Source: Mobula hypostoma (Eukaryota). From it: a DNA stretch of 60,000 nucleotides. Below, piece after piece: positions 51,016-60,000 of this stretch. Position 1 is the stretch's first letter; every line of letters starts with the position of its first letter. Under the pieces are notes generated by a model. That model made no database searches. It had not been told where the DNA came from and saw only the letters and a program-made list of their open reading frames with translations. The stretch is taken from the NCBI RefSeq assembly GCF_963921235.1, contig NC_086097.1, forward strand, positions 202,804,001 to 202,864,000. The letters are read 5' to 3'. Both the position numbers and the translations under genes were made by a program.

Positions 51016-52652
51016 GATCACTCCTCCATCCCGTTGCTGCCAAAGTACAGGCAGAAACTGAAACAAGAGGCGGCCATAGTTAAAACTGTCCACTGATGGT
51101 CCGACCAGTCAGCCTCCATGCTATAGGACTGCTTTGATGATGTCGACTGGAATGTCTTCCATGATGAGGATGTCTCTGAGTTCACGGATGTGGTCACAAA
51201 TTTCATCCGGAAGTGCCTCAAGGATGTTGTCCCCCAGAAATTGGTTGGTCTATCTAAACCAGAAACCTCAGCAACAGTTCTGTGCAAACAGCACTTACCA
51301 TGCGACACAGAGCTTACATTGCTGGTAATCAGCAGGAGCTTAAGAAATGTAGCCACGATCTACGCAAAGTCATCAAGGCAGTGAAATAACAGTACAGGGA
51401 CAAGATCCACACTCAACTCTCCACCAACTACACACACAGCTTACGGTAAGATCTGCACACCATTGCAGACTTCAAAGCTAAATGCAGCAGAGTTTCCAAC
51501 ATCACTGCCTCTCTCCCAGACAAGCTAAATCTCTTTTTACGCTCAATTCAATGTCACCAATACTGAGCCCCTGAGGAGACCTACAGCAGATGTGACCTGC
51601 AGCTTAATCATCTCTGAGGCCAAAGTACGCAAGGCTGCAGGGCCGGACGGCTTCCTAGGGCGGGTACTCAGGATGTGCACGGCAGAACCGGCAGGTGTGT
51701 TTTCAGACATTTTTAATCTCTCCCTCTCCTAGCGTAGAGTACCCTCCTGCTTCAAAACATCCACTATTGTTTCAGTACCTAAAAAGACCAAGGTAACGTC
51801 TGAACGACTGGCATCCTGTCGCACTCACCTCAATAGTAAGCAAATGCTTTGAGAGGCTAGTCAAGGACTACATCTGCAGCATGCCACCACCCACCTTACA
51901 ATTCGCTTACCGACACAGCCGATCGACAGATGATGCAATAGCCACAGCTCTACACACTGTCCTTACACACCTGGAGAAGAGGGATGCTAATGTGAGAATG
52001 CTGTTCTTGGACTGCAGTTCAACATTCAACACCATAAGAAGCTCAGAGACCTCAGCCTTCACCCTGCCTTGTGTGGCTGGATCCTGGACTTCCTGTCAGA
52101 TCGCTGGCAGATGGTAAGAGTGGGCTCCCTCACCTCTGCCCCTCTAACCCTCAACACAGGTGGCTCTCAGGACTGTGTCCTAAGCCCCTTCCTTTATTCT
52201 CTATATACCCATAACTGTGTTGCCACCCACAGCTCCAATCTGCTAATTAAATTTGCTGACGACATTACACTAATCTCAAAAATAATGAGGCAGCCTATAG
52301 AGAAGTCATCACCCTGACACAGTGGTGTCAAGAAAACAACCTCTCCCACAATGTCACAAAAACAAAGGAGCTGGTTGTGGACAACAGGAGGAATGGGGAC
52401 AGGGTAGCCCCTATTGACATCAATGGATTGGGGGTTGAGAGGGTGAACAGCTTTAAGTTCCTTGGCATAAATATCATCGATGATCTCACATGGCCTGTAC
52501 ATACCGGCTGTGTGGTGAAAAAGGCACAACAGCGCCACTTTCACCTCAGACAGTTGAAGAAGTTCGGTCTGGGCTCCCATATCCTCAGAACTTTCTACAG
52601 GGGCACAATTGAGAGCATCCTGACTGGCTGAATCACTGCCTGATATGGGAAC
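51016..52652 (+). mobile_element. Rex1/Babar-like LINE ORF (APE end to RT), 3' end missing
   Basis: [64 protein letters not shown]. Confidence 0.9.
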
Positions 52653-54872
52653 TGCCTTACCATTAACCCTGTATGTTCTACCTTGGTTTGTCCTTCCAAC
52701 ATGCAGTATCTCACACTTGTCTTTATTAAACTCCATCTGCCATTTTTCAGCCCATTTTTCCAGCTGGTCCAAGTCCCTCTGCAGGCTCTGAAAACCTTCC
52801 TCACTGTCCACTACACCTCCAATCTTTGTATCATCAGCAAATTTGCTGATCCAATTTACCACATTATCATCCAGATCATTGATATAGATATAGATGACAA
52901 ATAACAATGGACCCAGCACTGATCCCTGTGGCACACCACTAGTCACAGGCCTCCACTCTGAGATGCAATTCTCTACTACCACTCTTTGGCTTCTTCCATT
53001 GAGCCAATGTCTAATCCAATTTACCACCTCTCCATGTATACCTAGCGACTGAATTTTCCTAACTAACCTCCCATGTGGGACCTTGTCAAAGGCCTTACTG
53101 AAGTCCATGTAGACAACATCCACTGCCTTCCCTTCATCCACTTTCCTGGTAACCTCCTCGAAAAACTCCAATAGATTGGTCAAACATGACCTACCAAGCA
53201 CAAAGCCATGTTGACTCTCCCTAATAAGTCCCGTCTATCCAAATGCTTGTAGATTCTGTCTCTTAGTACTCCCTCCAATAACTTACCCACTACCAACGTC
53301 AAACTTACCGGCCTATCATTTCCCGGATTACTTTTCGATCCTTTTTTAAACAACGGAACAATATAAGCTACTCTCCAATCCTCCGGCACCTCACCCGTAG
53401 ACACAATATTTTAAATATATCTGCCAGGGCCCCTGCAATTTCAACACTAGTCTCCTTCAAGGTCCGAGGGAATACCTTGTCAGGTTCTGGGGATTTATCC
53501 ACTTTAATTTGCCTCAAGATAGCAAGCACCTCCTCCTTTTCAGTCTGTACAGTTTCCATGATCTCACTACTTGTTTCCCTTAATTCCATAGACTTCATGT
53601 CAATTTCCTTAGTAAATACAGACGCAAAAAACCCATGTAAGATCTCCCCCATTTCTTTAGGTTCCACACATAGCCAACCATTCTGATCTTCAAGAGGACC
53701 AATTTTATCCCTTATAATCCTTTTACCTTTAATATACCTGTAAAAGCTCTTTGGATTATCCTTCACTTTGACTGCCAAGGCAACCTCATGTCTTCTTTTA
53801 GCCATCCTGATTTCTTTCTTAAGTATTTTCTTGCACTTTTTATACTCCTCAAGCACCTAATTTACTCCCTGTTTCCTGTACATGTCATACAACTCTCTTC
53901 TTCTTTATCAGAGTTGCGATATCCCTTGAGAACCAATGTTCCTTATTGCTATTCACTTTACCTTTAATCCTGACAGGAACATACAAGCTGTGCACTCTCA
54001 AAATTTCTCCTTTGAAGGCTTCCCAGTTACCGATCACATCCTTGCCAGAGAACAACCTGTCCCAATCCACGCTTTTTAGATCCTTTCTCATTTCTTCGAA
54101 TTTGGCCTTCTTCCAGTTTAGAACCTCAACCCTAGGACCAGATCTATCCTTGTCCATGATCAAGTTGAAACTAATGGTGTTATGATCACTGGAACCAAAG
54201 TGCTCCCCTACACACACTTCTGTCACTTGTCCTACTCGTTTCCTAACAGGAGATCCAATATTGCATCCCCTCTAGTTGGTACCTCTATATATTGATTTAG
54301 AAAACTTTCCTGAACACATTTTACAAACTATAACCCATCTAGACCCCTAACAGTATGGGAGTCCCAATCAATATGTGGAAAATTAAAATCCCCTACCACC
54401 ACAACTTTATGTTTCCTGCAGTTGCCTGCTGTCTCTCTGCAGATTTGCTCCTCCAATTCTCGCTGACTATTGGGTGATCTATAATACAACCCCACTAATG
54501 TGGCCATACCTTTCCTGTTTCTCTGCTCCACCCATAAGGACTCAGTAGACAAGCCCTCTAATCTGTCCTGCCTGAGCACTGCTGTAATATTTTCCCTAAC
54601 AAGCAATGCTACCCCGCCCCCACACCTTTCTTTCCTCTGCCTCTATCACATCTGAAACATCGGAACCCTGGAATATTAAGCTGCCAGTCCTGCCCCTCCT
54701 GTAGCCAAGTTTCACTAATTGCTATAACGTCATAATTCCACGTGTGAATCCACGCCCTCAACTCATCTGCTTTCCCCGCAATACTCCTAGCATTGAAATA
54801 TATACACCTCAGAAGATTTTTACCACCACTCACAACCTTTCTATTTGCGGCTTTGCTTCCAACTTTTAACAC
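52653..54872 (-). pseudogene. CR1 ORF2 (APE plus RT), disrupted
   Basis: [53 protein letters not shown]. Confidence 0.9.
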
Positions 54873-55115
54873 GATTTATTTTCACCCCAGCCCCACTGCC
54901 AGCTCTGGCACTCTGGTTCCCATCCCCCTGCAAATCTAGTTTAAAGCCTCCCCAATAGCACTAACAAACCTCCCTGAAAGGATATTGGTCCCCTTGTAGT
55001 TCAAGTGTAACCCGTCTCTCTTGTACAGATCCCACCTGCCCCAGAAGAGGTCCCAATGATCCTGGAATCTGAAACCCTGCCCCCTACACCAGTTCCTCAG
55101 CCACTTGTTCATCCT

Positions 55116-55900
55116 TCAGAGCATCCTATTCCTACCCTCACTGGCACCTAGCACAGGTAGCAATCCTGAGATTACCACCCTCGAGGTCCTGCTTTTCAAC
55201 TTCCTACCAAGCTCTCTATACTCACTGTCCAGGACCTTCTCACTCTTCCTTGCTATGTCATTGATACCGATGTGCACCACGACATCTGGCTGATCACCCT
55301 CCCGCTTCAGAATGTCATGCAAGCGATCAGAGACATCCTTGACCCTGGCACCTGGGAGGCAACAAACCATCCTGGATTCTCTGTCTCATGACCACACAAC
55401 CTCCTATCTGTACCTTTAACTATCGAGTCCCCTATTACTACCGTTCTCCTCTTTTTCCACCCTCCCTTCTGTACTGCAGAACCAGACTCAGTGCCAGAGA
55501 TCTGGCTGCCGCAGCTTGTCCCAGGTAAGTCATCCCCCCCAACAGTATCCAATGTGGTATAATTGTTGTTGAGGGGAATGGCCACAGGGGAACCCTGCTC
55601 TGCCTGCCCTTTCCTCTTCCCTCGCCTGACAGTGACCCAGTTTCCTGTACTCTGCTCCTTTGGCGTAACTACCTCCCTGTAGCTACTATCTATAATCTCC
55701 TCATTCTCCCGAATGATCCGGAGGTCATCCAGCTCCTGCTCCAATTCCCTAATGCGGTTTGTTAGGAGCTGCAGCTGGATGCACTTCTTGCAGGTGTTGT
55801 TGTCAGGGGCACAGGAGGGCTCCCTGACTTCCCACATCCTGCAAGAGGAGCATTCCAACATCTTGCCTGGCATTCTCTCTACTCTAAACAAACTGGACAA
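55116..55900 (-). pseudogene. CR1 ORF1 (zinc finger/leucine zipper plus SGNH esterase-like), frameshifted
   Basis: CSSCRMW..CKKC, heptad LTNRIRELEQELDDL, VIGDS, CLPGA, HIGIND. Confidence 0.88.
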
Positions 55901-56032
55901 AAAAACTTACCGGAACCTACCCTGGCCTCTGCCTGTTCTCGCCGAAGCCTGTTGAGCCATGGCTGTCCCACTCTGTCTCAGTCCACTCTGACAGTGGCCG
56001 CTACAACGATGGCCACTGTATATGGTGGTCTG

Positions 56033-56346
56033 TTTTTAAACCTTGGTGCACTACGTCACGCGGCTGTGCAGTGCAGACCCTTCTCCCCGAGCAGTGTTTA
56101 AAAAAAGACTTTTTCTACCCGATTTCTTCCACTCTTCTTCTCAGCTGCTTGCTTCAACTGAAACAAGAACCGTTCAAAATTCCTCTTTTTAAACCTTGGC
56201 ACGCTACGTCACGTGCCTACACAGTGCAGACCCTTCTCCCCGAGCAGTGTTTAAAAAAAATGACTTTTTCTACTCGATTTCTCATACCCTTCTTCTCAGC
56301 TGCTTGCTTCAACTGAAACTGCTTTTTCTCAGCTGCTTGCTTCGAC
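56033..56346. repeat. Tandem ~153-bp monomers in the CR1 5'UTR
   Basis: 56033-56164 matches 56186-56319, plus a partial third copy. Confidence 0.85.
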
Positions 56347-57055
56347 TTATTACTGGCATGTGACTTGAAATTTGTTAACTTAGCAGCAGCAGTTCAATGC
56401 AATACATAATCTAGCAGAGAGAGAAAAAAAATAATAAAATAATATAATACAAACAATAATAAATAAACAAGTAAATCAATTACGTATATTGAATAGATTA
56501 TTAAAAAAGGTGCAAAGACAGAAAGACTGTATATTAAAAAAAAAGTGAGGTATTGTCCAAAGCTTCAAAGTCCATTTAGGAATCGGATGGCAGTGGGGAA
56601 GAAGCTGTTCCTGAATCACTGAGTGTGTGCCTTCAGGTTTCTGTACCTCCTACTTGATGGTAACAGTGAGAAAAGGGCATCCCTGGGTGCTGGAGGTCTT
56701 TAATGATAGATGCTGCCTTTCTGAGACACTGCTCCCTAAAGATATCCTGGGTACTTTGTAGGACAGTGTCCAAGATTAAGCTGACTAGATTTACAACCTG
56801 CTGTAGCTTTCTCCGGTCCTGTGCAGTTGCCCCTCCATACCAGACAGTGATACAGCCTGTCAGAGGGCTGTCCATGATACAACTACAGAAGTTTTTGAGT
56901 GTATTTGTTGACATGCCAAATCGCTTCAAACTCCTAATAAACTATAACCGCTGTCTTGCCTTCTTTATGTTGGGACCAGGTTAGATCCTCAGAGATCTTG
57001 ACACCCAGGAGCTTGAAGCTGCTCACTCTCTCCACTTCTGATCCTTCTGTGAGAA
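56347..57055 (-). mobile_element. Rex1/Babar-like LINE 3' end
   Basis: LTGCITVWYG..LQQVV..KAASIIKD..HP. Confidence 0.85.
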
Positions 57056-57429
57056 TTTGGCCCATTGAGTCTGTTCCTTAATTCCATCATAACTGATATA
57101 TTATCCATCTCTACCCCACTCATCTAACTTCTCTCCATATCCTTTCATGTCATCATCAATCAAGAACCTATCAATCTCTGCTTTAAAATACCCAATTACT
57201 TGGCCTCTACAACTGTCTGTGACAATGAATTCTTCAGATTCACAAACACTGTATTACAACAAGACCAAGTCAGCATATGGTACATATTCATAAGCAGAAA
57301 TAACATGTCAGATAAGTATCAGAGAATCAATCAAAATAGAAAGTATGACTACCTACCCTTGACATTAGGTGGTAATACCTTTGCAGTGTCCTGTACCATT
57401 AGCACTCTTAACTCATCATTGACTGCAAA

Positions 57430-57825
57430 TTCAACTGTCCTAGCCAGGAGAGCAGTTCAGGAGCTCAACTGACTCACCTCCTGAATCTCCAGAGCCTTCA
57501 ATCGTCTGCAAGACACAAATCAGCAATATGATGGGTGGAATATTGCACGTGCCTGGATAAATTTAGTTCCAGCAATACCCAGGAAACCCAATTCCAAAGA
57601 AGACAAAGTATCCAGTTTATTAGTGTTCCATCAACCATTTATTTCCTTCACTGTTGGTATGCAATGAGTGAGTGCACTGTGTACCAACTATAAAATATAC
57701 TGCAGTTACTTGCCTAAGCAACTCAGATAGGTCATTCCAAACTTAATCTCTACCATAAAAAGAAGCAGGCACATGGGAGAATTACTGCCTGTATATTCTG
57801 TCCAAATCAGTCCCCATTCTGTTCT
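57430..57825 (+). mobile_element. Old CR1/L2-group LINE 3' fragment
   Basis: Degraded acaaatcag..gaatattgcacgtgcctggat..gcaggcacatggga. Confidence 0.45.
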
Positions 57826-58514
57826 TTCATTTGTTGCTGCATTTAATCACGTAGTACCCTACAAGCGTTAGGAAACCGAAGCACCCAGGGGAAACACATG
57901 CGATCATGCTGGTGCTGTAATTGCTTTTGATTAACTGCTACACTACAGTGGAATGAATTTATTCATCTCAAGTATGTTTTTGGGTTAAATTTCACTGATC
58001 CGAAAGTTAATCGAAAAGCTAAAAAAAAATGCAAATGCTAGAAATCTGAACTCAAAACAGAACAACTAGATATACTCGGCAGTTATCTCAGAGAATCTCC
58101 AAACCTTTCTGCTCTGAAGTTATTGCTGATTACAAACTTAACAAAGGAAAAGCTTAAAAGGGTCAGAGACTTCTTAAAAAACGTGTGTGTTTCTCACAGA
58201 CAATCGAATGGAACTTTGCAGGATCTGAACATAAACATGTATTTTTAAAGGCTTATGGAGAATTTATATATTTATATTTATAAATAGATATCTATATATT
58301 TTATTCTGTTATTATACTTCCTGGTCATTTTTGTTGTTTTACACAAATGCATTAATCCTGCAGTTTTAATTTTTTTTTTATTTGAAGTTGAAGCTGATTT
58401 CACAAAATTGTCTGTGTTGTAACTAGGGAAAGTACCTAAATCATTGTGGTCACAAAACAGGAAGCTTTAAATTTTACTTTGTTAATTTTATCCAAAGCAC
58501 CAATTATTTTCCAG

Positions 58515-58557
58515 GGTACAAAGAATCCGTAGGAACCCAGTGAAGTTTTCAGATTAA
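58515..58557 (+). CDS. Putative terminal coding exon (R)VQRIRRNPVKFSD*
   Basis: Acceptor ttattttccag; first base completes the AG|G codon from 46603; TAA at 58555-58557. Confidence 0.55.
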
Positions 58558-58576
58558 GTCTTTAATTAATGAATTA

Positions 58577-58582
58577 AATAAA
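58577..58582 (+). promoter_or_regulatory. Candidate polyadenylation signal AATAAA
   Basis: About 20 nt after the putative stop, followed by a GT/T-rich tract. Confidence 0.3.
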
Positions 58583-59464
58583 TTGAAATTGAGGTTTTCC
58601 TTTGTGGTTACAGTCCTTTCTCTCAATAGAAAATAACGTCATAAAATACAGTGGCATTAGTTTCACTTTCGTCTGCAAATACATCAATGAGTAGACTTTA
58701 TCTAAAATTAATCTTTCGTCCTTTGTGCAAATGACCCATTTTTTTCTTTTACTTGTGTCACTTCGGGTAATTTGGGCATATTTTACTGTGCAAAACATTT
58801 TTGTTTTGCATTTTCTCTGACCATTATGAACATTATTTAAAAGGAAATAAGCATTGATTATTTAGGTAACATAGCTAAAAATGAATTGCGCCTTGACAAT
58901 AGTGTTAGATATAAAAGGATGTTTATTTATAGCTATGGTCATTTGCAAATGCTGTCTAAATCTGGGATGGAGGTACTTACCATTTATGAGGATAGAATTA
59001 AAATTTATAGAGCTAATTTTTAACTAGAGTGATGCAAACTCCAGGAAATACAATTACTGATTGATAAAATTGTAGTACCTTGTATTCCTGGAGATTTCTT
59101 TGTTTTGTCCCCATCTGCTGCCTCTTCAATTTTGTATTTCTTACTACATTTCTACTTTATCTTAATCCCTTCTTTTTCCTACAATTTTTATTTCCCTTAA
59201 GGAAATTTTATTTGCTTACAATACTCATCTAATTTTTTTGCTTAAAAAAGTCAAAGCTGATAAAAGAAATGTGTTCAAGAAAATCGTTCATACGGTGACA
59301 GAATGCCCAGAGCATCATGTGCTACTAAACAAGCCCTTGCAAATTCAAATGTTATTCTTTACCCTTTCTTAAGATGGACAGGGTTTAGGGAATTTGTGAG
59401 AGAAGGGCTCAGATGGGATAAGATAATAAAGTTTGTGACTGATTATTATATAGATTTTTTTTAG

Positions 59465-59752
59465 TATTTAGAAATACAGTACTGTAACAGGCCATCCTGG
59501 CCCGATGAGTGCCCACTATTCAATTACAGCCATGTAACTAATTGACCTGCTTACTGGTATGCCTTTGGAATATGTCGAGGAGAAAGTCTGATTTCCTCCC
59601 ATAGTCCAAAGACTTACCGGTTGTTCGGTTAGTTGGTCATTGTAAATTGTCCGATGATTAGACTAAATTTAATTAGGGGCATTGCCAGGCAGTGCAGCTG
59701 AAAGGGTTGGAAGGGCCTGTTCTGTGCTGTATCTCAATAAAACAAAACAATA
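59465..59752. mobile_element. V-SINE-like fragments (minus then plus)
   Basis: tttcctcccatagtccaaagacttaccggtt..gggcctgttctgtgctgtatctcaataaa. Confidence 0.65.
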
Positions 59753-60000
59753 AAAAATGAATAGTGGAAGAATAGTGGAATAGCGAAATTATTTATGAGG
59801 CCCTTTTCAGATGGTTTCTCAATATCAGACTGGGGTGAGTTTGGTCTTCTTTCTACAATAATGTTGCAAGCTACTGAAGTACATTCAAGGTTTGCTTTTA
59901 CATGAATCATCTCTGAACAGCTTTGAGCAAGCATGTGTGAATGAAAATTATGGTAGTCGTATTTCTATCTGAACAGTTACGTTTTATAACTTGGCAGAGC

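Larger units (their letters stand above)
52653..56346 (-). mobile_element. Near full-length CR1 LINE (5'UTR, ORF1, ORF2), 3' end missing
   Basis: Ordered ORF1 then APE then RT motifs, broken only by scattered frameshifts/stops. Confidence 0.95.

Noticed and set aside
52878..52896. IYIYINDL insertion in the RT
   Set aside because: Simple 6-bp slippage duplication in a dead copy.
1..60000. Prokaryotic systems (CRISPR, retrons, DGRs, operons) suggested by the many RT ORFs
   Set aside because: All RTs are vertebrate non-LTR retrotransposon types; there are no repeat-spacer arrays or operon structure.

Overview
Eukaryotic vertebrate DNA, not prokaryotic. The repeat landscape (abundant CR1 LINEs, Rex1/Babar-like LINEs, Penelope-like pLTRs, V-SINE-like elements) suggests a cartilaginous fish, probably a ray; this is inference. 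Most of the window is nested and degraded transposable elements: many CR1 copies (one nearly full-length, with ORF1 zinc-finger/esterase and ORF2 APE-RT), Rex-like LINE pieces, a HERO-type restriction-like-endonuclease retrotransposon 3' end with a 20-bp TSD, Penelope-derived inverted repeats carrying minimal hammerhead ribozyme motifs, and Tigger, Tc1 and hAT DNA-transposon derivatives. Three phase-compatible + strand exons (43283-43487, 46314-46603, 58515-58557) give the C-terminal ~180 aa of a gene I cannot name. Several upstream exon-like segments contain stops. Best leads: (1) the HERO 3'UTR contains every hammerhead core element in a non-standard, pseudoknotted order; (2) a 247-bp TSD-flanked Penelope hairpin carries two opposed minimal hammerheads; (3) the unnamed, possibly decaying gene. 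Most short ORFs in the supplied track are TE fragments or antisense shadows. Boundaries of old repeats are approximate unless a TSD or TIR is quoted.
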